Shown: in pieces, positions 18,884 to 27,565 of the stretch | How the letters are laid out: every line of letters starts with the position of its first letter | Position numbering within the stretch: the first letter of the stretch is position 1 | From: an uncultured Candidatus Saccharibacteria bacterium | GTDB taxonomy: Bacteria > Patescibacteriota > Minisyncoccia > Phycocordibacterales > UBA6899 | Direction of reading: 5' to 3' | Length of the DNA: 56,327 bases | Assembly (NCBI GenBank): GCA_964469335.1 | Contig: CAYXYK010000005.1 | Coordinates: forward strand, 1 to 56,327 | Program-made: the position numbers and the translations under genes | Notes under the pieces: model-generated | What the model was told of the DNA's origin: nothing | The model's input: only the letters and a program-made list of their open reading frames with translations | Database searches by the model: none

Positions 18884-21190
18884 ATGTCGAGCGCATCCAC
18901 ATCGAGAGCTGCCAAGGCGGTTGTCGTAAAGGCGAAAGCCGGTTCAGTATTAAAGGAGGTTCGTAAGCGCGACGGTTCAGTCGCCCCGTTCGACAAGGAA
19001 CATATCAAGAGCGCAGTCCTCCGTGCGATGCTCGCATCAGGCGAAGGAGGGGAGAAGGACGCAGATGTCGTCACTCACGCTGTCGTCAGTGCGCTTGAGA
19101 AGATCGTGAAGGGTCGCAAGGGCTATATCCCGAGCGTCGAAGAGATCCAGGACACCGCAGAAGCGGAACTCATCTACAAGAATTTCGCAAAGACCGCGAA
19201 GGGTTACATCATCTATCGCGAAGAGCACAAGAAGATCCGCGAAGTCACCGGCATCGTCCCAGAGGCGATCAAGGAGCTCGCACGTGAGTCGAAGAAATAT
19301 TTCCGCAATTCACTCGCGGAGTTCGTCTACTACCGCTCGTACTCACGCTGGATCGATCACGAACAGCGCCGCGAGACCTGGATCGAGACCGTCGACAGAT
19401 ACATGAACTTCATGCGCGAGAATCTCGACAAGAAGCTCACCGAGAAGGAGTACGACGAAGTGCGCGAGGCGATCCTTCGCCACGACGTGATGCCATCGAT
19501 GCGCCTGATGTGGGGTGCAGGCCCGGCAGCAAGGAAGACCAACGTCGTCGCGTACAACTGCTCGTTCATCGCTCCGTCGAAGCTCCGCGATTTCGGCGAG
19601 ATCATGTATCTCTCGATGTGCGGTACCGGCGTCGGCTACTCGGTCGAGTCACTCACCGTGCAGCAGCTTCCGCAGATCAAGAAGCAGACCGGCAAGGCGC
19701 ACAAAGTGCATGTGGTCGGCGACTCCAAGGAAGGTTGGGCAGATGCCTACGTCACTGGACTTGAGGCATGGTTTAACGGCGAGGACATCAAATTCGACTA
19801 CTCACAGCTTAGGCCAGCTGGTGCGCGCCTCATGACCATGGGCGGCAAATCTTCAGGCCCGCAGCCACTTGTGAATCTCATCGACTTCACTCGCGAGAAG
19901 GTATTCAAGCGCCAGGGTCGCCGCCTCTCGAACCTCGATGTCCACGATATCGTCTGTAAAATAGGTGAAGTCGTAGTGTCCGGCGGCGTAAGGCGTAGCG
20001 CACTCATCTCACTCTCAGACCTCGACGATTACGAGATGCGCCATGCCAAGGACGGACAGTTCTACGTCACCGAGCCACAGCGCATGATGGCGAACAACTC
20101 GGCCGTCTACACCCATCGCCCGTCGACTGCAGAGTTCATGGACGAATGGATAAGTTTGATGAAGTCAGGCTCAGGCGAGCGCGGTATCTTCAATCGTGGT
20201 TCACTCGAGAAGCAGATCCCGGAGCGCCGCAAGAAGACCCTGATGAAGGGGATCGACACCTGTGGTACCAACCCGTGCGGTGAGATCATCTTGAAGAGTA
20301 AGCAGTTCTGCAACCTCACCGAAGTCGTCATTCGCGCAGAGGACACCAAGCACACCCTCTTGAAGAAGATGCGCCTCGCAGCCATCCTCGGTACCTACCA
20401 GTCGACCCTCACCAACTTCAAGTATCTTTCGGCAGAGTGGAAGAAGAACTGTGAGGAAGAGCGCCTCCTTGGTGTCTCGATCACCGGCCAGTGGGACAAT
20501 CCGGAGCTCGTCCACGACCCGAAAGTCCTCGCAGACCTTCGCGACGAAGCAGTCGCCGTAAACAAGACCTATGCAAAGCGCTTCGGCATCAACCAGTCTG
20601 CAGCCGTCACCGCGGTCAAGCCTTCAGGCACTGTCTCGCAGCTCGTCGACGCATCAAGCGGTATGCACCCTCGCCACGCTCCGTACTACATCCGCCGCAT
20701 CCGCATCAGCGCCTCGGACGCACTCTTCAAGATGCTCCGCGATCAGGGCATTCCGTTCGCACCCGAAGTCGGACAGAGCGCAGAGAACGCCGTCACTTAC
20801 GTGATCGACTTCCCGGTCAAGTCTCCGAACCAAGCGGTCGTGAAGGATGACATCACCGCACTCGAGCAGCTCGTCCACTGGAAGCTCATCAAAGAGAATT
20901 ACACCGAGCACAATCCGTCCGTGACGATTTCGGTAGGGGAGAACGAATGGCTCGCCGTCGCATCATGGCTGTATGAGAACTGGGACATGGTGGGAGGACT
21001 TTCATTCCTGCCTCGCTCGGAGCACGTCTACCAGCTCGCGCCGTATGAGGAGATCACCAAGGAGAAGTATGAGGATCTCGCAAAAAGATGGGAGGATATC
21101 GATTTCTCGAAGATCGTGAGTTACGAGAAGCTGGATGAGACGCAGGGGGCGAAAGAGCTAGCCTGTGTCTCCGGCGTCTGCGAAATCTAG
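18884..21190 (+). CDS. nrdJ: Class II (adenosylcobalamin-dependent, monomeric RTPR-type) ribonucleotide reductase with N-terminal ATP cone
   Basis: ATP cone VRKRDG...FD..I, PSMRLMW.AG, GGVRRSALISLS, TNPCGEI, CNLTEV, AVKPSGTVSQL and C-terminal CVSGVCEI. Confidence 0.93.
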   Translation: MSSASTSRAAKAVVVKAKAGSVLKEVRKRDGSVAPFDKEHIKSAVLRAMLASGEGGEKDADVVTHAVVSALEKIVKGRKGYIPSVEEIQDTAEAELIYKNFAKTAKGYIIYREEHKKIREVTGIVPEAIKELARESKKYFRNSLAEFVYYRSYSRWIDHEQRRETWIETVDRYMNFMRENLDKKLTEKEYDEVREAILRHDVMPSMRLMWGAGPAARKTNVVAYNCSFIAPSKLRDFGEIMYLSMCGTGVGYSVESLTVQQLPQIKKQTGKAHKVHVVGDSKEGWADAYVTGLEAWFNGEDIKFDYSQLRPAGARLMTMGGKSSGPQPLVNLIDFTREKVFKRQGRRLSNLDVHDIVCKIGEVVVSGGVRRSALISLSDLDDYEMRHAKDGQFYVTEPQRMMANNSAVYTHRPSTAEFMDEWISLMKSGSGERGIFNRGSLEKQIPERRKKTLMKGIDTCGTNPCGEIILKSKQFCNLTEVVIRAEDTKHTLLKKMRLAAILGTYQSTLTNFKYLSAEWKKNCEEERLLGVSITGQWDNPELVHDPKVLADLRDEAVAVNKTYAKRFGINQSAAVTAVKPSGTVSQLVDASSGMHPRHAPYYIRRIRISASDALFKMLRDQGIPFAPEVGQSAENAVTYVIDFPVKSPNQAVVKDDITALEQLVHWKLIKENYTEHNPSVTISVGENEWLAVASWLYENWDMVGGLSFLPRSEHVYQLAPYEEITKEKYEDLAKRWEDIDFSKIVSYEKLDETQGAKELACVSGVCEI

Positions 21191-21311
21191 CCCATTTTCA
21201 GCGCATTACTTTGTCGCAATAAAGCGGCGACCCCATCACGGTACGAGAGTACCGCTCAGGGGTACGCCGCTTTTTGCTTCGCGTACTGCATCTGAAAATG
21301 GGCTAGATTTC
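21182..21311. repeat. Hairpin element A flanked by a perfect 20-bp inverted repeat that includes the nrdJ stop
   Basis: GAAATCTAGCCCATTTTCAG (21182-21201) and CTGAAAATGGGCTAGATTTC (21292-21311); core shared with 44400-44488. Confidence 0.88.
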
Positions 21312-21345
21312 TGGACTACTATCAGAATATAAGTAAAATTAATGT

Positions 21346-21684
21346 ATGTTATTTCAAGTAAAGACAGGAGCTTTCGAAGTCATTGATTCGGGAGTTCTTC
21401 ATGTGATTGAAGATGAGGTAACCATATTGAGATTAGGTGACGTTAGTTTTTCACTTATTTTTGAAAAAAATGATGATGGCAAACAAGCAGTAGCATTTGA
21501 GGCTTCTGATAAAAAAAATGCCAAACTCATTCTCACAAATGTGCAAGGCCCTTTAGGTTATGGAACGACAAAGCCATTTCAGGTTGGAGACAGAGACGGA
21601 AAAGGATTGTTTTTGACTTTTGTAACTAGATCCCTAAACGATACTTATCTTCGTACATTTGAATATACACTTTATACAAAATGA
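21346..21684 (+). CDS. Hypothetical protein, DUF6864-like
   Basis: EVIDSG, LGYGTTKPFQVG and FEYTLY resemble my recollection of this family; AT-rich codon usage. Confidence 0.6.
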   Translation: MLFQVKTGAFEVIDSGVLHVIEDEVTILRLGDVSFSLIFEKNDDGKQAVAFEASDKKNAKLILTNVQGPLGYGTTKPFQVGDRDGKGLFLTFVTRSLNDTYLRTFEYTLYTK

Positions 21685-21938
21685 GCAACGTTGAATTACA
21701 AGGAGATTCAAATCCGCCAGCCGGCTCGTCGATACCGGAGAAACAAGAAGATACTCGCGGGTGGTTAGCAAAGGGCGTTTTTATTCTCCTTTCATTATTT
21801 GTTTTTGCAATTTTTCTCGCCGTCGTATTTTTAGACATAACACAAGAGAAATTGACGATATTGCTGTCAGTATTTTCAGGAATTACAGGAATTCTTGGTT
21901 TTGTAATGGGTTTCTATTTTGGCCAAAATCAAAAATGA
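21681..21938 (+). CDS. Hypothetical two-TM protein
   Basis: ATGA overlap with the upstream gene; two TMs; GILGFVMGFYFG. Confidence 0.7.
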   Translation: MSNVELQGDSNPPAGSSIPEKQEDTRGWLAKGVFILLSLFVFAIFLAVVFLDITQEKLTILLSVFSGITGILGFVMGFYFGQNQK

Positions 21939-22052
21939 TCCAAGGAAATGGGCTGCCGTCTGCGAGGACGAGGAATCGGGGTCAGGCACCAATTAAATCG
22001 TAAAATGTATGGTGGGGTTTCGGGTTTGAGAGAGAGGGTATAGAGTGAATTT

Positions 22053-22346
22053 ATGGATACTGTCATCGAAATGTATTTCAAAATTCTGATATCAGTCATA
22101 ATGCTCTGCGGAGGGGTGTATGTGCTCACACACGTAAAATCACTCGCTCAACGCTTGCAGAATTCTTATATACAAAAAGCTGAGGAGTCACAAAAAGCCA
22201 CAGGGGTACTTGCCGCACTCAATCGCAGTAACCCCGAGAAGTGGAAGACACCTTACATGACGTTCATTTTTAAATTCATGGTGGCATTTTTCGGAGTGTG
22301 GTTGCTGCTCGGCATCGTTGCTGTTTTCGGTCCTATAGAACTCTGA
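22053..22346 (+). CDS. Hypothetical two-TM protein
   Basis: Hydrophobic N- and C-terminal helices. Confidence 0.6.
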   Translation: MDTVIEMYFKILISVIMLCGGVYVLTHVKSLAQRLQNSYIQKAEESQKATGVLAALNRSNPEKWKTPYMTFIFKFMVAFFGVWLLLGIVAVFGPIEL

Positions 22347-22399
22347 GTAGGCTTTGAGTCTGCCTTCACGGGGGCAGTGAGTGGGGTTATAGTTAATCC

Positions 22400-22816
22400 A
22401 TGCTTGAGCGTTCAATGGCGGCACTTATGTTGCTACTCTTGGGAATTGCAGCGGCAAACTCCCAAGGTTTTTTTCGCTATGTTCCTATTGCGGTCATGGT
22501 GCCGATTGCGTTCTGGTTCTTTGGTAAGTTATTTGAGTACCGCTTCGATACCGATAAAATAACGATAATATTCTGCACCATACTCCCGATATGGTCCATT
22601 CGGTACTCGAATATCGTGAAAGCGAATATGGTTGACCATATGCTTTGGGCAAGACCAATGTTCTCAACAACTTTCCGAAATACGTACGTCGGCCCTTATA
22701 TCGAACTTGAATTGGAACATGTTTTCTATAAGACAATTTTTATTGACCCTCCTGATAGAAAGAAATTCTTAAGTGAACTTGATCTGCACTCGCGAGCGAG
22801 TGGCAAAGTAAAATAA
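22400..22816 (+). CDS. Membrane-anchored bacterial PH-domain protein
   Basis: Two TMs, then YRFDTDKITI...IRYSNI...TIFIDPPDRKKFL..L. Confidence 0.6.
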   Translation: MLERSMAALMLLLLGIAAANSQGFFRYVPIAVMVPIAFWFFGKLFEYRFDTDKITIIFCTILPIWSIRYSNIVKANMVDHMLWARPMFSTTFRNTYVGPYIELELEHVFYKTIFIDPPDRKKFLSELDLHSRASGKVK

Positions 22817-22884
22817 ATGGAAATGCGGGCGGGGGGCATGAGTTAAGAAAAATGGAGGGAGAATTTTGGGGAATAAAAAACCAA

Positions 22885-22980
22885 GCCACAAGTCACTAGG
22901 CATATGCGGAGCAGAGCTCCTTATCTGCCAAGTGCTCCCGGCCCTGTCTCGTCGTCACAGGTGACATGACTCCGACTCGT
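22885..22980 (-). repeat. GGTCGC...GTGACC family copy not linked to a tRNA
   Basis: Minus strand GAGTCGG...GAGCACTTGG-CAGATAAGGAGCTCTGCTCCGCATATG-CCTAGTGACTTGTGGC aligns with the 48203 copy. Confidence 0.7.
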
Positions 22981-23027
22981 TTTCGTTCGGCAAAAGCAAA
23001 GCAGTTTGCTTTTGCAAATACTGAAAC

Positions 23028-23076
23028 GAAAACGCCCGAACATGTCGGGCGTTGTGGGTCTCGCGGTGGAGACGGG
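23028..23076 (-). repeat. Cassette junction type I (terminator plus GTCTC hairpin), orphan copy
   Basis: AACGCCCGAACATGTCGGGCGTTGTGGGTCTCGCGGTGGAGACGGG, near-identical to 23701 and 24517. Confidence 0.85.
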
Positions 23077-23094
23077 TGGGGAATATGTATTAGT

Positions 23095-23123
23095 TTGACG
23101 GAAGCTATATCGTATGGTAACGT
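23095..23123 (+). promoter_or_regulatory. Sigma70 promoter
   Basis: TTGACG-17 nt-TAACGT. Confidence 0.65.
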
Positions 23124-23164
23124 TTTCGTCAGTTCATAGTCCCCATTTCGCGAAAGGAATACCC

Positions 23165-23641
23165 ATGCCGAAGATCGAGTATGTGCTCTGGTGGCTCGAG
23201 GTCGCGTCACAAGAGATGCTGAGTGATCCCAAGAGCGTGCTCCACAGTCACACGCATCCGAACTACAGTGGCGGGAAACACGGTTGGGAACAGGAGATTC
23301 ATGAGATCTACTTGCACCCAGAGACCCTTGAGGAGTGGCTCTTGGCATGCGAAGTCAAGGCGACCCTCGAGGAAGCATTCAAGAGGTGCGTCGATGCCGC
23401 GCGCACCCCTCGCGACTTTTGCGGCACGTTCATCACATTCGACCCGTTCGACATCGGTGAGGTGTATCGGCTTGCGAGCTTGCTCGCGCTCCGCGACCCA
23501 CGCCATGTTGCAGCCAGCAAGGTCATGATGAATGGCTGGTGCTGCCGCCGCGGCAACTGCGCTGTCGACGATTCCTTGCTGCGACAAGTCCGCAAGGGTT
23601 TCGCTGGCTCGATGATCCCAACGAAAGAGTTCTCGTTGTGA
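23165..23641 (+). CDS. Hypothetical protein
   Basis: SD GAAAGGA before ATG 23165; own promoter; palindromic terminator at 23644-23680. Confidence 0.7.
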   Translation: MPKIEYVLWWLEVASQEMLSDPKSVLHSHTHPNYSGGKHGWEQEIHEIYLHPETLEEWLLACEVKATLEEAFKRCVDAARTPRDFCGTFITFDPFDIGEVYRLASLLALRDPRHVAASKVMMNGWCCRRGNCAVDDSLLRQVRKGFAGSMIPTKEFSL

Positions 23642-23643
23642 TC

Positions 23644-23680
23644 GTGTCCCCATCTCACGCGTGAGATGGGGACACTTTTG
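23644..23680 (+). terminator. Perfect palindromic terminator
   Basis: GTGTCCCCATCTCACG-CGTGAGATGGGGACAC-TTTTG. Confidence 0.75.
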
Positions 23681-23700
23681 TTAACTGCTGAATAAAAAAC

Positions 23701-23746
23701 GAACGCCCGAACTTGTCGGGCGTTGTGTGTCTCGCGGGGGGACGGG
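23701..23746 (-). repeat. Cassette junction type I / terminator of the 23747 gene
   Basis: AACGCCCGAACTTGTCGGGCGTTGTGTGTCTCGCGGGGGGACGGG directly after the stop. Confidence 0.85.
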
Positions 23747-24439
23747 TCAGTGGGGTGACGGGTAGTCCTTGCTCGTGAAGGCGTTGCCTGTCGCGGGGTC
23801 GACGAGGTAGAAGAAGCAGCCGTCTTCCTTGGTGCCGTCGGTCTTGGTGTAGATGAGCGGGATGCCGTCTGCATTCTTGCACGGCTCGAGCGTTGCGGGG
23901 TGGATGAGCACATCGTGCCCGAGCTCCTCGCGCCAGGTTGAGCGGGTGCGGGCGCGTTCGATGCGCGTGCCTTCGCGGAGGCCGATGCCCCAGTGATCTG
24001 CCATTGATTGAATGCCGGCGTAGTTCTTCACGAACACTTCGTCCACGATATCGGAGTGGGTCTCCCTGTTGAGTGCGATCTCCGGCGGCGTGCGCGGTTT
24101 TGCGGCGATCATCGCCACCTCGAGGGCGAGTGCGACCATGCCGGGCTCTCGGTCGAAGTGGGATGCGAGCGCGATGATGGAGTTCTTCGGGCTCGCACCG
24201 GCGCCGTGGCATTTCCACATCCAGCTGCTTGCCATCGAGATGGCACGCAGGGCGTTGTCGCCGTCGCCATCGCCATTCGAGATGAAGCTGAACCCGCCGC
24301 GCTGCATGAATGCGAACGGATTGAACTTTTCCGGCTTGATGCCAGGTGCCCAGTGCTCGTAGACGTAGATCGCATCTGCGGGGGTTGCGAATCCGCTGGC
24401 TTCACCGAAGAAAAGCATTTGCAGCAAGTTGGTACTCAT
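23747..24439 (-). CDS. Hypothetical protein
   Basis: SD GAAAGGG, strong codon bias, TTGACA at 24508-24503 upstream. Confidence 0.75.
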   Translation of the reverse strand: MSTNLLQMLFFGEASGFATPADAIYVYEHWAPGIKPEKFNPFAFMQRGGFSFISNGDGDGDNALRAISMASSWMWKCHGAGASPKNSIIALASHFDREPGMVALALEVAMIAAKPRTPPEIALNRETHSDIVDEVFVKNYAGIQSMADHWGIGLREGTRIERARTRSTWREELGHDVLIHPATLEPCKNADGIPLIYTKTDGTKEDGCFFYLVDPATGNAFTSKDYPSPH

Positions 24440-24516
24440 ATGAGGCCCTTTCCAATGAGCGAGTTGAAATTCCAAATATAGTTCTACGGTATTTCCTCAA
24501 TGTGTCAATAAAAACC

Positions 24517-24560
24517 AACGCCCCGGGTGGGGCGTTGTGGGGTCTCGCGGGGGAGACGGG
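24517..24560 (-). repeat. Cassette junction type I
   Basis: AACGCCCCGGGTGGGGCGTTGTGGGGTCTCGCGGGGGAGACGGG; T tract abuts TTGACA. Confidence 0.85.
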
Positions 24561-24676
24561 GTAAGGACACGATACATTACGATGCCTTTCCTCCGATATC
24601 CAGATGTGTTCGCCCTCCCGCTTTGCCTTGGGGATAACGTATTGGAGCTTTTTTATCGATATGAGACAGTGAAAGT

Positions 24677-25879
24677 ATGAAACAAACACTTTTTGTGCTC
24701 TTTGTGGCTTCGCTCATGTTCGCAAGTCCGTCGTTTGTTGTAGCACAAGAGGAAGTGGTTGCTGAACCAGTCATTGAGACTCAGGTTTCGGAGGAAGTAC
24801 CACCGCCGGAAATCGAAGCGAAAGGAACGCTGATCATAAAAGCAGCGTTTTCGGATGGAAGTGTTCCGCAGGAATTGCTCAATGATATGTGGTACAGAGT
24901 CTCTGATGTGTTTCAGAGTTACGACAGTCCCGCTGAATTATATAACTCCTACCGCTTTTCAGGTGAAGGGAAAGCGTTCCAACTCAGGAGGGGGATATAT
25001 AAGATCGAATATCTCAATCAAGGGAAATATCTCTATGCGTATACCAAAGATAACTGTGACAGCGTCTCCATTTTCCCTGGGTCCGTTGAGACATGCCTCT
25101 TCACGTTCGATAAAGCCAGCGGAGAGGAACGCAACGAATACGCGCTCTCCAACAGAGAAATAACCGGTTTACTCAAATTCGGCCTCTACATTCTTCTAGC
25201 GGTCATAATTGTGATATCGCTTCAGCGGTTGATAAAAAAAGCTGCTCAAAAAGCAGCAGTCATTCGCACCAGCATCCCCAAAGCTGATCAACTGCCAATA
25301 GCTGGTCCTATTTCAGAAGTCACATCTTCTGTTGAGCAGACCGCATCAGAAGTTGCTGATGCGCTGGGATCAGGCATAAAAGAGTTATTGCCGCCGGAGG
25401 CGAATGAAACACTTTCACGTTTGGCAAGCGTAGACCCAAGGCTCATTCTCACTGGTTCTGTGGTCAGTTATGTCGTGTCACTTTTCCTTCCCGCGATAAT
25501 AGAGGAGGGTGGCCAATCGATGTACGGAATCTATGTGCTCGCAGTCGGATTGTTGGGTGTGTTGTTCTTGGTCGGAATACCATGGCTTGCGAACCTGTTC
25601 TTTTTCCTTGGATTCATTGAATCTCGCGGCAAAGGAAAAGGGAATCGTTCCCCGATTGCGCTTGCCGCTCTTGCTGTCATCTTCGGACTTTCGTCGTTCA
25701 TCGTGACTGCTATTCCGTATGACTCAGGCTCTACTTCTATCGCCTACTACGGTCCAGGTTTCTATTTTTGGATCTTGGCATTCATCCTCCAGCTTTGGTA
25801 CTTCATCCTTCAGCGCAAAATGCTCAAAGGTGCCGCAGCGTCTCAAGAAAAACCCGACAGTACTTCCTCCGCTGGTTGA
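24677..25879 (+). CDS. Hypothetical exported/membrane protein
   Basis: Signal peptide, extracellular beta domain, internal TM and C-terminal 4-TM bundle. Confidence 0.75.
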   Translation: MKQTLFVLFVASLMFASPSFVVAQEEVVAEPVIETQVSEEVPPPEIEAKGTLIIKAAFSDGSVPQELLNDMWYRVSDVFQSYDSPAELYNSYRFSGEGKAFQLRRGIYKIEYLNQGKYLYAYTKDNCDSVSIFPGSVETCLFTFDKASGEERNEYALSNREITGLLKFGLYILLAVIIVISLQRLIKKAAQKAAVIRTSIPKADQLPIAGPISEVTSSVEQTASEVADALGSGIKELLPPEANETLSRLASVDPRLILTGSVVSYVVSLFLPAIIEEGGQSMYGIYVLAVGLLGVLFLVGIPWLANLFFFLGFIESRGKGKGNRSPIALAALAVIFGLSSFIVTAIPYDSGSTSIAYYGPGFYFWILAFILQLWYFILQRKMLKGAAASQEKPDSTSSAG

Positions 25880-25885
25880 TGCACA

Positions 25886-25914
25886 AACAAAAACGCCCCA
25901 GGTGGGGCGTTGTG
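25886..25914 (-). terminator. Junction type I terminator (partial copy)
   Basis: AACGCCCCAGGTGGGGCGTTGTG between convergent genes. Confidence 0.75.
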
Positions 25915-25918
25915 AGTA

Positions 25919-26668
25919 TCAGCGTTTGATGCCGAGTGCGGTGCGGACGGTGACCTTGCGCTCGATCATCCCGTCGACGAGGAAGCCTCTGCAATATGCT
26001 TCGAGCGCATCAGTTGCAGCGGCGACTCGCTCCTGTGGGATGAGGTTCCATAGGCTGACCGAGCGGAGGTAGTCCATCATCGCGGGGAGCGTGAGCCACT
26101 CGCTGACATGGACAGGGAACTCCGATACGGTATGGAATCCTCCTGCCAACAGGAGTTCTCCGGGGACGTAGTTTGCCTTCGCGTTCGGGAGCGGTCCGTC
26201 GACGAAGCACGAGAGGCAAGTGCGAAATCCCACTCGAAACTCGGTCTCGTCGTTCTTGTTCACCACCATCAAGACTCCGCTCGGGACGAGGACGCGCACG
26301 ATCTCTGCCACTGCGCGTGCGTTCGTGAACCAATGGAACGAACTGAACGCGGTCACTGCTTCGAATGACGCATCGAGGAGGGGGAGTACTTCGGTCGGCG
26401 CGGTGAGATAGATGATCGAACCATCATTCACCCGCATCGCCTCTCTCACCATCAAGGGATCGATGTCGGTGCCGATGACTTCTGCGCCCCGGGCACGTAG
26501 TTCGCGCGAGGCGATACCCGTGCCGCACCCGACGTCGAGTATTCGCGGGGTGTCTGTGTCGAAATGCTCCCACAGCCAGTCATAGACTTCGTCAGGGAAC
26601 CCGCTGCGGGCAGTGTTGTATTCGGTACTCCTTGAACCGAATTGGCCATAACCGCTTTCAATGTGCAT
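25919..26668 (-). CDS. Class I SAM-dependent methyltransferase (Methyltransf_11-like)
   Basis: YNTARSGFP, ILDVGCGTG, VIGTD, AFSSFHWF and RVLVPSG motifs; SD GAAAGGAAG. Confidence 0.9.
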   Translation of the reverse strand: MHIESGYGQFGSRSTEYNTARSGFPDEVYDWLWEHFDTDTPRILDVGCGTGIASRELRARGAEVIGTDIDPLMVREAMRVNDGSIIYLTAPTEVLPLLDASFEAVTAFSSFHWFTNARAVAEIVRVLVPSGVLMVVNKNDETEFRVGFRTCLSCFVDGPLPNAKANYVPGELLLAGGFHTVSEFPVHVSEWLTLPAMMDYLRSVSLWNLIPQERVAAATDALEAYCRGFLVDGMIERKVTVRTALGIKR

Positions 26669-26759
26669 GATCTTCCTTTCGGTAGTTGTACTGTCTGCAT
26701 CCTAAACCTCAGCTCCCCGAATAACAAGAATGTCCCGCCGGGTGGCGAGACATTCATGC

Positions 26760-26942
26760 TTAACCTTGCTCTTTTCCTTGTTTCCAAACATCGATCGGAA
26801 CGAGCGTTCCATTTGGTTGCTTGACGTATGTTGCTCGTCCGCCCCCATCCTGTTGAAGATGAGCCAAGCTCTCACCTTCGTTGAACAACCAAGAGTTACC
26901 CTCGGGGTCGCGGAATCCTCCTTCATTCTCTTCGTAAAGCAT
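26760..26942 (-). CDS. Hypothetical 60-aa protein
   Basis: MLYEENEGGFRDPEG... reads as a plausible small protein; AGGAGG lies 19-24 nt upstream, too far for a typical SD; followed by a hairpin at 26728-26755. Confidence 0.45.
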   Translation of the reverse strand: MLYEENEGGFRDPEGNSWLFNEGESLAHLQQDGGGRATYVKQPNGTLVPIDVWKQGKEQG

Positions 26943-27142
26943 ATGTTCCGGCAGTGCGCCTCCTGGTCTCTCTGGCATAGTGATTATGGTTGTATTAATC
27001 GTCCTATACGTGAAAGTATAGTACTGGTATTCCTGCAGGCAAAAATGGCACTACGAGCGGGGTGGTACATTACGAACATGCCAAAGAAAACCATCCACGA
27101 GCCATGGTAAAATACGGACAATTTATCATTAGCATCACTCAT

Positions 27143-27355
27143 ATGAAATTCGCGAAATTTATGTCAGGGTCAGCAGGGAGATCGCTGCGTGCGATCGTCG
27201 GCGCATTGCTCGTCTGGTGGGGCGTAACGATGGGAACCACAGTCGGCTACGCTGTCGCCATATTCGGACTGGTCGCGATCGCGTCAGGAGTTTTCAACTT
27301 TTGCCTGATCGCTCCGCTGCTTTCGGCACCGTTCTGGGGTAAAGACATCAAGTAG
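27143..27355 (+). CDS. DUF2892 (YgaP-like) membrane protein
   Basis: GR.LRAIVGALL...GLVAIASGVFNFCLIAPLL pattern. Confidence 0.8.
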   Translation: MKFAKFMSGSAGRSLRAIVGALLVWWGVTMGTTVGYAVAIFGLVAIASGVFNFCLIAPLLSAPFWGKDIK

Positions 27356-27526
27356 ATGGACGACAAGAAGGCGATCGAGGTGCTCAAGCAGTTGGTCGAG
27401 AAGGACTCGCTGAGTCCCGAAGAGAAAGAGGCGCTAACAACCGCGCTCGGAGTACTCATGCTCACGGTGAATGCGAGCGAGAGTTACTTGCGCCAACTCA
27501 AAGCGAAACGCGAACGGATGAGATGA
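27356..27526 (+). CDS. Hypothetical 56-aa helical protein
   Basis: MDDKKAIEVLKQLVEKDSLSPEEKEALTTALGVL...; ATG directly after the upstream TAG; not in the ORF track. Confidence 0.65.
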   Translation: MDDKKAIEVLKQLVEKDSLSPEEKEALTTALGVLMLTVNASESYLRQLKAKRERMR

Positions 27527-27565
27527 CGCTGAGACTCTTGCCTCATCTGAGATATACTGATGCTC

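Noticed and set aside
23165-23641. HSHTHP as a JAB/MPN metalloprotease motif
   Set aside because: No upstream catalytic Glu in the right context and no S..D downstream at JAB spacing.
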